From NCBI GenBank assembly GCA_012295275.1, contig CM022668.1, positions 4,154,001 through 4,218,000 on the forward strand: 64,000 nt of DNA. The letters are read 5' to 3'. The stretch's first letter is position 1. Each line of letters opens with the position of its first letter. The notes below the pieces were generated by a model that saw only the letters and a list, made by a program, of their open reading frames with translations, ran no database searches and had not been told where the DNA came from. Of this stretch, positions 1 to 22,022 are shown in pieces. The position numbers and the translations under genes are program-made. The stretch comes from Chrysomallon squamiferum (taxonomy: Eukaryota; Animalia; Mollusca).

Positions 1-3000
1 AAACTTGCATCCTTGCTTACATAGGTCATTATTTACTTACTTACTTAATTTATTTCTTAGTTAGATAATTGTTAATGTACTTACTTGCATTCTCACTTTT
101 CTCTAACTTTTGCTTACTTAGGTCATTCCCTTACTTAATTAGTTCTTCATTATTTTAATGTACTTATTTACTTTTTTTCTTAGTTTACTCACATAATTGT
201 TAATCATTATTTAGTATTTCCATTCTACTTACTTAGTTAATTGTTAATTTCTTTCTTTTTTAACTTACTCATTCCCAACTTAATTCAGGACATTACTAAA
301 TTTATTTCTTACTTCACATAATTGTAAATGTACTTGACTTGCATTCATTCTCACTAACTTAGTAACTTGCATCCTTGCTTACTTAGGTCATTATTTACGT
401 ACTTAATTAATTTCTTACTTAGATAATTGTTAATGTACTTACTTGCATTCTCACTTACTTAGAAACTTGCATCCTTGCTTACATTAGGTCATTATTTACT
501 TACTTACTTAATTTATTTCTTAGTTAGATAATTGTTAATGTACTTACTTAGGTTACTATTTACTTACTTATTCTCTTCCTTGCTAACTTAGGTCAATATT
601 TAAGTACTTACTTACATTCTTACTCACATAATTGTTAATTTACTGACTTCCATTCTCACTTACATAGTTACTTGTTTCCTTGCATTCTTAGCTCATTATT
701 TACGTAAGTACTAAATTTATTTCTTACTTAGATAATTGTAAACATACTTACTTGCATTCTCACTAACTTAGTAACTTGCATCCTTGCTTACTTAGGTTAT
801 TATTTACGTACTTAATTACGTTCTTACTTAGATAATTGTTAATGTACAAATTTGCAATTTCTCTTAGTTCCTCGCTTCCTTGCCATATTAGATCATTATT
901 TACGTACTTACTTACTTTCTTTCATAGTTAGGTAATTGTTAATGTACTTACTTAGGTTGCTATTTACTTACTTATTATCTTCCCTGCTAACTTAGGTCAT
1001 TAGTTAAGTACTTACTTACATTCTTACTCACATAATTGTTAATGCAATGACTTACATTCTCACTTACTTAGTTACTTGTTTCCTTGCTTAGTTAGCTCAT
1101 TATTTACGTAAGTACTGAATTTATTTCTTCCTTAGATAATTGTTAATGTACTTACTTGCATTCTCACTAACTTAGTAACTTGCCATCCTGCTTACTTAGG
1201 TCATTATTTACTTACTTAATTACTTTTACTTTACGTTCTTACTTAGATAATTGTTAATGTACAAATTTGCATTTTCTCTTAGTTGCTCGCTTCCTTGCCA
1301 TATTAGGTAATCATTATTTATTTACTTACTTATTTACTTTCTTTGATAGTTAGGTAATTGTTAACCCATTACTCCTCACATAACTTAGTACTGACTTGCA
1401 TTATTTACTTTAGTTAGTATCTTCCCTGCTTAACTTAGGTCATTATTTAATTACTTAATTACATTCTTACTCACATAATTGTTAATGCAATGACTTACAT
1501 TCTCACTTACTTAGTTACTTGTTTCCTTGCTTACTTAGGTCATTAGCTTTTTAGTTTTATTTGTTAATTGTAAGCATTTACTACTAAATTTATTTCTTCC
1601 TTAGATAATTTATTTCTTCCTTAGATAATTGTTAAGGTATTTACTTGCATTCTCACTAACTTAGTAACTTGCATCCTTGCTTACTTAGGTCATTATTTAC
1701 GTACTTAATTAAGTTCTTACTTAGATAATTGTTAATGTACAAATTTGCATTTTCTCTTAGTTGGTCGCTTCCTTGCCAATTTAGATCATTATTTAGTATT
1801 TACTTACTTTCTTTCATAGTTAGGTAATTGTTAATGTACTTACTTAGCTCACTATTTACTAACTTACTCGCTTCCTTGCTAATTTAGGACATTAGTTAAC
1901 TTCGTACTTACATTCTTACTCACATAATTGTAAATGTACTGACTTGCATTCTGACTTACTTAGTTACTTGCTTCCTTGCTTACTTAGGTCATTATTTACG
2001 TAATTACTTAATTTATTTATTACTTAGATAATTGTTAATGTACTTACTTGCATTCTCACTTACTTAGAAACTTGCATCCTTGCTTACATAGGTCATTATT
2101 TACTTACTTACTTAATTTATTTCTTAGTTAGATAATTGTTAATGTACTTACTTAGGTTACTATTTACTTACTTATTCTCTTCCTTGCTAACTTAGGTCAA
2201 TATTTAAGTACTTACTTACATTCTTACTCACATAATTGTTAATTTACTGACTTGCATTCTCACTTACTTAGTTACTTGTTTCCTTGCATTCTTAGCTCAT
2301 TATTTACGTAAGTACTAAATTTATTTCTTACTTAGATAATTGTTAACGTACTTACTTGCATTCTCACTAACTTAGTAAGTTGCATCCTTGCTTACTTAGG
2401 TTATTATTTACTTATTTAATTAAGTTCTTCTTTCTTTAGATAATTGTTAATGTACGAATTTGCATTTTCTCTTAGTTGCTCGCTTCCTTGCCATATTAGA
2501 TCATTATTTACGTACTTACTTACATTCTTAGTTCACATAATTGTTAATGTACTGACTTGCATTCTACTTACTTAGTTACTTGTTTCCAATTTTAATTTAG
2601 CTCATTTTTAGTTAATTACTTAATTTATTATTTACTTAGATAATTGTTAATTTACTTTCTTGCATTCTCACTTACTTAGAAACTTGCATCCTTGCTTAGT
2701 TAATTTACTTACTTATTTCTTATTACTTACATTACTTAATTTATTTCTTATTTATTAATTAATGTAATGACTTACATTTAGGTTACTTATTTACTTACTT
2801 ATTCTCTTTCCTTGCTAACTTAGGTCATTTATTTAATTACTGAATTTATTTCTTTCTTACTCACATAATTGTTAATTTACTGACTTGCATTCTCACTTAC
2901 TTAGTTACTTGTTTCCTTGCTTACTTAGCTCATTATTTACGTAAGTACTGAATTTATTTCTTCCTTAGATAATTGTTAATGTACTTACTTGCATTCTCAC

Positions 3001-3952
3001 TAACTTAGTAACTTGCAACCTTGCTTACTTAGGTCATTATTTACGTACTTAATTAAGTTCTTACTTAGATAATTGTTAATGTACAAATTTGCATTTTCTC
3101 TTAGTTGGTCGCTTCCTTGCCAATTTAGATCATTATTTAGTATTTACTTACTTTCTTTCATAGTTAGGTAATTGTTAATGTACTTACTTAGCTCACTATT
3201 TACTAACTTATTCGCTTCCTTGCTAATTTAGGACATTAGTTAAGTTCTTACTTACATTCTTACTCACATAATTGTAAATGTACTGACATGCATTCTGACT
3301 TACTTAGTTACTTGCTTCCTTGCTTACTTAGGTCATTATTTACGTAATTACTTAATTTATTTATTACTTAGATAATTGTTAATGTACTTACTTGCATTCT
3401 CACTTACTTAGAAACTTGCATCCTTGCTTACATAGGTCATTATTTACTTACTTACTTAATTTATTTCTTAGTTAGATAATTGTTAATGTACTTACTTAGG
3501 TTACTATTTACTTACTTATTCTCTTCCTTGCTAACTTAGGTCAATATTTAAGTACTTACTTACATTCTTACTCACATAATTGTTAATTTACTGACTTGCA
3601 TTCTCACTTACTTAGATACTTGTTTCCTTGCATTCTTAGCTCATTATTTACGTAAGTACTAAATTTATTTCTTACTTAGATAATTGTTAACGTACTTACT
3701 TGCATTCTCACTAACTTAGTAAGTTGCATCCTTGCTTACTTAGGTTATTATTTACGTACTTAATTACGTTCTTACTTAGGTAATTGTTAATGTACGAATT
3801 TGCATTTTCTCTTAGTTGCTCGCTTCCTTGCCATATTAGATCATTATTTACGTACTTACTTACTTTCTTTGATTATTAGGTAATTGTTAATGTACTTACT
3901 TAGGTTGCTATTTACTTACTTATTATCTTCCCTGCTATCTTCCCTGCTATCT
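1..3952. repeat. Satellite DNA, ~100-104-bp monomer built on ACTT/TTAC units, with ~1.34-kb higher-order repeat
   Basis: The motif ATAATTGTTAA and close variants recur at ~423, 527, 628, 732, 832, 933, 1033 and 1135. Variant blocks recur 1344 bp apart (AAACTTGCATCC at 2068 and 3412; TTGGTCGC variant at ~1761 and ~3105). The array runs into the gap. Confidence 0.95.
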
Positions 3953-4152
3953 NNNNNNNNNNNNNNNNNNNNNNNNNNNNNNNNNNNNNNNNNNNNNNNN
4001 NNNNNNNNNNNNNNNNNNNNNNNNNNNNNNNNNNNNNNNNNNNNNNNNNNNNNNNNNNNNNNNNNNNNNNNNNNNNNNNNNNNNNNNNNNNNNNNNNNNN
4101 NNNNNNNNNNNNNNNNNNNNNNNNNNNNNNNNNNNNNNNNNNNNNNNNNNNN
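3953..4152. other. Assembly gap (200 N)
   Basis: Run of N. Confidence 1.
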
Positions 4153-4392
4153 TCTGTGTGTTCCTCTCTTATAAAATCTTTTAACAAAGCACACGATCAA
4201 GTCACATGACTGATAACTTTTCTTCGGCCATTACTGAAGAATTATGAAAGAGCAAAGATCCACTTTAATCTACCTCAGATTCCTTCTTCTGTCTTTTAAT
4301 TAAATGTATGTCATAATCAGACATACTTTTTACAGCCATTTTTGACCAGTAATCTGCTGCAAATATACTTAAGAGTACAGTCTGTTTTACAG

Positions 4393-4577
4393 GAAATGAG
4401 AACATTTATAGACTGACCAATCAGAAACCTCAACGATTACGAATAGATCTGGAAACTGTTGGAGGAAAAAAACTATACGCGCAGTATGAGTGTTTTTTGA
4501 TTGGATCGTTGACTGAGTACTACAAACTTCTCTTTGTCATGGACTACAGTGGGACTGCAGGTTAGTACTAGACAGAT

Positions 4578-4674
<97 letters not shown>

Positions 4675-5057
4675 CAGTTCAGTTGTTTTTAAAAGTGATA
4701 TACATGTTTAATTCACTACATTTACATTTCTGAACTAAATTTAATTGTATGTTATTCTTTCGTTTCAATTTTCTAGTAGACGACAGTTTCTCACCTCACC
4801 GCGATTCCGACTTCAGTGCTAAAAACTTGGACAAAGACACGTGGACCCGCAGTTGTGCTCAAGATTCCAAAGGGGGCTGGTGGTATTCTAACTGTCACAG
4901 ATCTAATCTGAATGGTCTCTATCCCAATGCTAGCCATACCTCTAATGCTAGTGTGATGATTTGGAAAATTTACGACGGATATGACTTTATCTTGAAGGGA
5001 ACTGTTATGAAGATACAACCAATCCCAAGTCGGGTTCATTACATTCATTTTCAATAA
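4393..5057 (+). CDS. Fibrinogen-related protein (FReD/ficolin-like), last two exons; 5' part lost at the gap
   Basis: Exon 4393-4560 (AG..GT) encodes GNENIYRLTNQKPQRLRIDLE...YSGTAG. Exon 4780-5057 encodes DSFSPH...GGWWYSNCHRSNLNGLY...MKIQP. The TAA stop overlaps AATAAA (5053-5058). Confidence 0.85.
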
Positions 5058-6185
5058 AGTGTTTTCAGCTGAGATAAATTTGTTTTGTTTGTCTTATTTA
5101 TATTTAGTGTGAAAGCATGTTTGTGTGTCTGCCTGTCTCTGTGTCTCTGTGAGAGTTCAAACCACAGCCTACTGAAAAAGAATATCTGTTATTCCCACCT
5201 ATTTGATGTTCATGTCATTTCACTGTATTCATGATTATAATATATCGCAGGTTAATATGACTTTTTGAAACAGAGATAAAGAGGTGAATAGATAGACAGA
5301 TAGAGATACGCAAGTTCAAAATACTTTAAAGAGTGCAAAGACTAACTGGAACGCCATCACGTTTTGAGTTGGGAAAGTCTAGATTGGCGTTTTTGATGAG
5401 ACATTTTTTCAGAGGGTTTCATGTTAGCCATATCGACAAGATCCTTCATTTCGAGAAAATATGCGATGTTTTCGCGTACATTAGCTGCAAAATTAATCTA
5501 ACAAAATAAAACAAAATAAAGTAAAATAAAATAAAACAAAACAAAATAAAGTAAAATAAAATAAGACAAAATAAAATAAATGAATATATCAATCAATAAA
5601 TAATTATCTCGTTGCATATGTATGCAGTGAGATCATGAAATCATCTGCTAAGGGGTAGAAAGGTAACATTCGAATGTTTTGTGTTATTTTATTCTGATAT
5701 TTAGTTATCAGTGATGACAGGGCACGTAGAACAATAAAAGTCTAGAGATATAAATACATTTTATTCCTAGTAATAAAAGTACACTTTTACATATGTATTT
5801 TTTATAATATGACAAAATCTGTAACATCTGTTTTCGAGCTATGAGAGCTAGCATGAATGGTGTAATTTTTCTTGTTCTTTCTCCATGCTGGTTATATTTA
5901 CTTAAATCATCCCTTTATTTTCAATAAGAAAAGTGTTTCTCTTCTAATACTGGGAGTATATTTTACCAGGTTGAGGGAAAGTAAACATATAATACAATTA
6001 GGTCAGGTTTATTTACCGCAAAATAAATACATAAATAAATGAATAAATAAATACATAATTAAATAAAATGAGTAAAATAAAAATAAAATAAAATAAAATA
6101 ATAATATTAACACATGCATATGCCAACGGTAGCAACGTAGAAAAAAAAAAAAATAATGAACATAAATTAATAAATTAAAATTAGA

Positions 6186-6222
<37 letters not shown>

Positions 6223-6259
6223 AAGAAAAAATAATTATAGCACGAGAGAAATAAACAAA

Positions 6260-6290
<31 letters not shown>

Positions 6291-6477
6291 GAAATAGAAA
6301 TCATGGAACTAAACTGGTTAAAATCACGTTTCAGAAGATCGACAGAAAAATGAAAGAAAAAAAGAAAGCAACGAAAAAGATAGATAGAAAGAAACAAAGA
6401 GAAAGCAAACAAAAGAAGGAAAGAAATAATAATGGAAAGAAATAATAATGAAAAGAAATAAAAATGCATGTCTCACA

Positions 6478-6756
6478 TAGTGATGATTTCTAAATACCAT
6501 GGCAGGAGTATACAGCTGGATTTGGATCTGTGCTGAACGAATCTTGGTGAAGTAATATTTATTATTAATTAATGTCAGACGTCAATCAAATCAGTTTTGC
6601 AAGGTTTTCATGATAAACTATATAACAAAGACACAACCAAAAAAAAAAAAAAAAAAAAAAAAAAGTGCAACAAAGAAAATGACAACCTCGGACAGAATAA
6701 AACAAATAGAAATAAATAAATAAATAAATAAAGAAAGAGAGAAATCTTGAGAGACT

Positions 6757-6828
<72 letters not shown>

Positions 6829-7166
6829 TTAATTGTTTTTAAAAATGATGTATATATTTCATTCACTACATTTAATTTTCTGAAGTTAAATTAATTATAT
6901 CTTAAGTCTTTTGATTCAGTTGTCTTATAGTTTCTGATGCCATCAGTGTTTAGATTTTAAATGTTAGTGTCGTGAGCTATGTTCAGAGGTATAAAGGGGG
7001 CTGGTGGTATGATCTATGTGACCCTTCTAATCAAAGTGGCCTATATTTGATTGGAAGGCATCCATCTGATGCTAACAGGAAAGAGAGGTATGCTTTCAAG
7101 GGATATCACTAGTTTTTGAAGAAAACAGTTATGAAGATACAACCAATACCAAGTCAGCTTCATTAG
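6478..7166 (+). pseudogene. FReD pseudogene fragments
   Basis: 6478-6550 reads DF*IPWQEYTAGFGSVLNESW* (two stops). ~6970-7166 reads KGGWWYDLCDPSNQSGLYL...[20 protein letters not shown]. The NENI exon is absent. Confidence 0.85.
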
Positions 7167-7896
7167 CCATAATTTGAATAATATTGAATCATCTGCGATA
7201 TATGTGTTTTGTTTTTCTTAATTATCTCAAATCTGTGACTGTTCGTGTTTCTGAATTCTCTGTGGCCGTGTGAATGCCCTTTTTCATCAGACATTTTTGT
7301 CAAACGTTTTCGGTTTGGCCACATCGAGCAGCTGTTTCAACTTGAGAAAGTATGTGATGTTCTTCTGTTCAATCTAATAAAATAAAATAAAATAAAATAT
7401 AATGCATAAATAAAAATGTCATTTCTTATGCTTGCAATGACGTCATCAGTCCAGATGTAAAGGATTGAAAAGGTCATATTCTGATATTTCGTAATAGTCT
7501 TATTTTAATGAGATACTTTGTTATCAGCTTTGACAGGTCACCCAGCTTAACAAAAGTGCAGAGATATTAATACTTTTTATTTCTAGTAAAGAAGATAGGT
7601 TTTTACATATATATGTATTTTATAATATGACAAAATCTGTAAAACGTGTTATGGAGCTATGAGAGTGTGTATGAAGGATGTAATTTTTATTCTTCTTTCT
7701 TTACATTCGTTATAGTTAGATAAATCATTAATTTATTTTGAATTCTATTCTATTACTCTTTCTGTTGATGGAAAGTAAAAACTTGACAGATATTATGACA
7801 GGTTTATTTCGTGCAAAAAAAAAAAAATAAAAAAATAAATCAGGAAACAAAACAAATTAAAAATATAATGAAAAGAAAAAATATTTGTCTCACATA

Positions 7897-7968
7897 GTGA
7901 AGATTTCTAAATACCATGGCAGGAGTATACAGCTGGATTTGGATCTGTGACGAACGAATCTTGGTGAA
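7897..7968 (+). pseudogene. Duplicate of the dead FReD WQEY..GFG exon
   Basis: Near-identical to 6478-6550, including the same two stop codons. Confidence 0.8.
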
Positions 7969-8097
7969 GTAATATTTATTATTAATTAATGTCAGATGTT
8001 AATAAAGTCAGCTTAGGAGGTTTTTATGATAATAAAAATACAACCAAAACAACTGAAAAGTGTTAGTTTTCAGTGGAAATAGAAAAAAAAAAACAAA

Positions 8098-8140
<43 letters not shown>

Positions 8141-8589
8141 AAAGTTGAAATCTTGGAACTAAACCAGTTTAAAGAAAAAAAGAAAAAGAAAAAGATAGGG
8201 AGAATTAAAGATAAAGAAGAAAAAAAGAAAAAATATAAATGAAAAGAACATAGGGAAGATTTTTGTAGAATATATCATAAGTTATGAAAAAAAAAAACAG
8301 AAAAAAAAAAAAAAAAAGAAAAAAGAATAGAAACAAAATACGAGAACAAAGATTAATAAATACATTTTTGTTATTTAGTAACAAGTTTTCTCACGATTTT
8401 AATTCAAATGAAATGGAGGATGGGTCTTTCTCTGTGTATCTATACGTATGTATTTGCATGTTTTTCTTTATTGTTTGATTATATTTATCTAAAAAAATTT
8501 ATTAATTTTTTATCTTTCATATTTTTTCTTTCTTTTTTCGTCCTCTGTATTAATAAATAATGATAATTGTTTTATATATTTATCTATTT

Positions 8590-8689
<100 letters not shown>

Positions 8690-8826
8690 ACAAAGAGAGA
8701 CACAGAGAGACAGAAAGATCGTTGTGTTAGTATAGGAGGGTGTGTTAATATAAAATGGGTTTTAATATTAGGTTATTAATACAACTAAATGGAATAATAT
8801 CTGTCATTCTGTGACTCATTCCGCAG

Positions 8827-11832
<3,006 letters not shown>

Positions 11833-13112
11833 AGTGTTTTCAGCTGAGATAAATTTGTTTTGTTTTTCTTATTTATATTAAATGTGAAAGTTTTTGCATA
11901 AAAATACTTTTGTGTGTCTGCCTGTCTCTGTGTCTCTGTGAGAGTTCAAACCGTAGCCTCCTGAAATAGAATATCTGTTATTCCCACCTATTTGATGTTC
12001 ATGTCATTTCAAAGTATTCATGATTATAATATATCACAGGTTAATATGACTTTTTGGAACACAGATAAATAGGTGAATAGATAGAAGGATAGAGATACAC
12101 AAGTTTAAAATACTTTAAAGAGTGGAAAGACTAACTGGGACGCCATTATGTTTAGGCTTAGGAACTTTTTGACTGGCGTTTTTGATGAGACATATTTTCA
12201 AAGGATTTCGTGTTGGCCGTATCCACAAGATCCTTCATTTTGAGAAAATATGCGATGTTTTCGCGTACATGGCGGATAAATTAGCTGTATAATTAAGTCT
12301 AATAAAATATAAAAAAATAGATTAAAATAAGATAAATGAATATGTCAATCAATAAATAATTATCTCATTCCATATGTATGCTGTGAGATCATGAAATGAA
12401 CTGCAGTGAGTTAGAAAGATAACATTCGAATGTTTTGTGTTATTTTATTCTGATACTTAGTTATCAGTGAAGACAGGGCACGTAAAATAAAAAATGTCTA
12501 CAGATATAAATAAACTTTATTGCTAGCACTAAAGATAACGTTTTTTTAATGTTTTTATCAATTAGACAAAATCCATAACACGTGTCATCTGGTTGCAGAG
12601 CGTGCATGAAGGATGCAATTTTTCTTCTTTACGTTTGTTATATTTATTTAAATCATTCCTTTATTTTGAATAAGAAAAATGTTTAAAATTTATTAGTGGC
12701 CGTATATTCTAACAGTTTTGGTGGAAATTAAAAATTGTAGCAGGAATTAGGAAAGGTTTATTTCGAGCAAAATAAATAAGCTACATAATAGATGATAAGT
12801 AATAGATGATGAAAGATATAAAAGTTTACTGTTATCGATTTCCACTGAAACTTACATTTGTTTTCCTAACTAATTTAAATTAATCGATGAGAGACTGAAG
12901 ATAATGAATGAAAACATTGTTACTTAACAGCTGTGCAGCTTTCAAAACAACGCATAAAGAATATTTAATTGTACATTTTACGTCGTATTTTTCCTCTGTA
13001 CACGTTGGCAAAAAGGTAAAAAAAGAAGAAAAGAAGCATTTATAAGTTCAGGTTTGCAGTGTTCACACAGCTCGACAAAGTGCTGACTACAAGAAAGAGA
13101 AAAGACTGAAAA

Positions 13113-15838
<2,726 letters not shown>

Positions 15839-17039
15839 TCTCAATAAAGTGTTGTCAGCTCTGATTGTTTGTTTGTTGTTGCTGTTTTTTTTTTTTTTTT
15901 TTTTTTGTTTGTGTGTCTTTTGTTTATTCTAATTTGTTTTGTTTTGTTTTTAATTACTGTTATGTTTCTGGTGTTCAAATTACACACATAAAACACTCAT
16001 ACATCCAGATACACATTTACCGAAAACTGAAAGTGATGCGTATAACGATTGTTCAATTATTTCATCACACAGACGGCATTCATGAACTAGATGACAACTT
16101 TTTTATGAGGAGGGGTGTGTACAGTAACATCACAAGATGATGAGACCCGTTTACACATATACATATACACGTAAAGACATACATACATCCATACGCACAA
16201 TTCAAACATTTGCAAATTTCAAATACATGAGTATTAAAATGATAAATATTTTCAATTTTATGTCAGCTCACAATGCACATGGATTAGAACAATATTCTTA
16301 AAAACATCAAAATGAAAAACTGTATTTAAATTTGTGAAAATAATATCAACAAATGATTTGACTATGTACGGTGAGTACTGTAAGCTGAAGAAATGTTAAA
16401 TAGGTTTTGAATAAGTTTAATCATCTTTGATAATTTGGGTAAAATTACAAGAAAACAAAAACCACGAAATATAATTCAAATTTGAAACATTAGTGTTTGG
16501 TATGAAAGCTGAATACAGATGACTTACCATTTTTTATGTAAACGCTATTTAAATGAAAGTGGAGACTGTTTATCATATAAAGAATTTATAACATTATATA
16601 ACTTGAGATTTTCTTGAATATGCGTCATTAATAACTGTCACTAAGACTTGTTGTATATAGATTATTTAAATGATGATGCCTTTCCAAGTCCTCAAAATCT
16701 GGTATTCCCTTTTTAATGAATATTTTATACAGTGTAATAAAGTATACAAATCTCAATTTAGTTATTTTCAATGATCTTTTTTTTTCCACATTAAAGTGTA
16801 AAACAAGTTGACTCTGCCTTAATTTCAATTTTACATAACATTTTTTCTTTTTTATATAAAATTCATTTAATTAGTAGTAAACAATAACAAATGTATAGGG
16901 TTGTCTTTGGTGACCTCGTATCTTTTATAGCTGTTTAAAAACAAAAACTAAAACAAACAGGTCTACAGTGTAATTCACAATTTTGGATTTTTTTCGATTT
17001 TTTTTTTTTTACGTTGAGTTGTCGTTTTTACCTGCTTCG

Positions 17040-17075
<36 letters not shown>

Positions 17076-17491
17076 ATGAAAAAAAATAACGAAAAATAAA
17101 AAGAAAAATAAATACATGAAAAAAAAAATAACAACAAAAAATTGAAATAAATTAGCTTGATATTTTGAGGTTCAGAATTTGCCAATTCTGATAAAAATGG
17201 TAGATTCAATACTCATTTGCATCGTTTCAGTTCGGAAAGACAACAGAAAAAACTAAAGTAAAAATATTTTATGTTACACGTTTTCATTCCTGGAAAAGCA
17301 ATAACTATTTACTTCTGAAATGTTCCCTTGACCTTCAAGTCAATTGCTAATGTCCACACAACGGCTACATTTCCTAAATGGACAATGGTATTTTCTACCA
17401 TAAATGGCCTAAGCCTTTGTCCATAATTGAGCCAAAGAATTTTCAGACTAGAAGTACTGCTTTTACAACTATTAACACTATTACTACTACA

Positions 17492-17528
<37 letters not shown>

Positions 17529-17665
17529 GTAGTAGTAGTAGTAATAGTAGTAATATTAATAGTATTATATAAACGAAATATATATTTGTACAGGTACCTA
17601 TGATATATCTGAAGAAATTCATTACCAATACTCTTATTGTTCCTGTTGTAGTTGTTGGTGTATTA

Positions 17666-17723
<58 letters not shown>

Positions 17724-17984
17724 TAATATTATTATATAAACAAAATTTATATTTTTACAGGTACCTATGATATATTTGATGTATCTCACAGAAAGTAGGT
17801 TTAGTATAGTGTTAGTGAAACATTCACATTGTTTTAATTTAGAAAACAAAATCTATGAGATAACAATCAACTTTTAAATGTAATCTTTGATGATGCTAAA
17901 AAATATTTAAATATATTAGGAATCCTTCGAACATTCATATTCATTGACGTATTTATTTATTTGTAATGTTGTAGGAGTAGTAAT

Positions 17985-18425
17985 AACATTAGTGCAAATA
18001 ATAGAAATAACTACTGTAGTATTATTAATAGTAGGAAAAGTAGTAGTACTACTAATAGCAATGATAGTAGTAACATTAATAATATTAATATTAATATTAG
18101 CTTTAGAAAATGTAGTAGTAGAATTAATAATAGCAGTAGTAGAAATAGTAAGAGTATTACTAGTATTAGTAGTAGCAGTAATCGTAGTAGTAGTAGTAGT
18201 AGTAGTAATAATAACAGTATTACTAGTATTATTAGTAGTAGTAATAGTAACAGTATTACTAGTATTAGTAGTAGCAGTAATCGTAGTAGTAGTAGTAGTA
18301 ATAGCAGTAATAGTAGTAGTAGTAGTAATAAAAATAGTTTTAATAGTTACTAGTAATAGTATTAATAATAATAGTTGTAATGGTGGTAGTAGTACTGGTA
18401 GTGGTATTAATAGTACTAATAGTCG
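17985..18425. repeat. Degenerate (TAG/TAA)n trinucleotide low-complexity tract
   Basis: AGT/AAT triplet runs that generate spurious poly-V/T ORFs. Confidence 0.9.
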
Positions 18426-18486
18426 CAAAGGTTGGTATCAGGTTTAGAAAATCTGTACAAAATAAACATGAAATAAAATAGTTTAC

Positions 18487-18589
18487 TTTCCAGTCCAGTC
18501 GTCATATCCCCAGTCAGAGCCTTCAAGTTGTGACTCTGCTACAGTCAGACATGTTAGAGCCAACAAGAAATAACCAGAACACGTTCCAT
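18487..18589 (-). pseudogene. Orphan FReD first (signal-peptide) exon, frameshifted after the ATG
   Basis: The reverse strand reads YFLLALTCLTVAESQLEGSDWGYDDWTG followed by a GTAAAC donor, homologous to 13113-13204. The ATG at 18589 is 17 nt upstream, out of frame. Confidence 0.7.
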
Positions 18590-18804
18590 GATCAGTCTTT
18601 TCTGCTTCTTGTAGTCAATTAACTGAACACTTCAAATCTGAGACTACAAAATTACATGTTCTTTTTGTTCTTCTTCTTCTTTAGCGAATAACATACATCT
18701 GAACACTCACAGAAACACAGACAAGCAGACACAAACACTCTAACATTTAGAACAATTAAGGAAAACAAAACAAAAATATCACAGCTGACAGCAATTTATT
18801 CAAA

Positions 18805-21120
<2,316 letters not shown>

Positions 21121-21296
21121 TTTCTTTTTGTGTTTTGTCTTCATAGTTTTTTAATTAATAAATCATTTATTTTTGTTATTATTAATTGTTTTCGATGTAT
21201 TTAATATTAATTATTATTATTATATCATCGTTATTATGGTGGTTTTATCATTAGTGTTGATAACATTTCAAACAGATTATTCGACACAAGTACAAG

Positions 21297-21496
21297 NNNN
21301 NNNNNNNNNNNNNNNNNNNNNNNNNNNNNNNNNNNNNNNNNNNNNNNNNNNNNNNNNNNNNNNNNNNNNNNNNNNNNNNNNNNNNNNNNNNNNNNNNNNN
21401 NNNNNNNNNNNNNNNNNNNNNNNNNNNNNNNNNNNNNNNNNNNNNNNNNNNNNNNNNNNNNNNNNNNNNNNNNNNNNNNNNNNNNNNNNNNNNNNN
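21297..21496. other. Assembly gap (200 N)
   Basis: Run of N. Confidence 1.
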
Positions 21497-22022
21497 GCAC
21501 TTTTCTTGTTAGATGTGATCTCTGGAGTCTGCAGGGTGGTGCTTTTTCTAAATTGATTTCACTGATTGTCTACTTGTTCCGATTATTATTGTGATTAGTT
21601 GAATGTTCCAGATGCATGGAGCATGTAGTACATACAATATATTTGATTAACTGTAATGAAAGCATAACACCCCCTGCATTGCTCATTACTGAGGAAACTT
21701 TTCTCCCATTAATAGCGGCACGATGCACGCCATGAAGCTTGCCAAATCTGGCCTGTGTCACACAATTCCTGTTAAAAACATTTTACCTCAGTTTTGTTCA
21801 AGTGAAGCTTTCTAAAAAAATATTTTCTATGAATAGTTTTTCTATGATAATATTTATATATTGTTATCAACATCATAACAATCTTACTGTCCATCTTTAT
21901 CATTTATTATGACAGTTTGTAGTCATTCAGTATATTTAATTACATTTGAAATTCCAGTTTTATTTAAATCATTTACTGTAAGGCTGTATTCTGAAGATTT
22001 AAAAGTGCAATTGGTATTTACA

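Noticed and set aside
1-3952. Telomeric TTAGG array or CRISPR-like repeat-spacer array
   Set aside because: TTAGG occurs only as isolated words in the monomer; the sequence between conserved motifs is itself homologous rather than unique spacers; eukaryotic context with no cas genes
3884-4200. ORFs spanning N runs (also at 21173-21556 and 50634-50861)
   Set aside because: Artefacts of assembly gaps
17916-18447. Poly-Thr and poly-Val ORFs resembling a mucin or membrane protein
   Set aside because: Trinucleotide low-complexity tract with no splice or family evidence
21570-21761. Short ORFs shared by both arms (also 63048-63351)
   Set aside because: Frames are not conserved between the two copies; probably non-coding transposon-associated sequence
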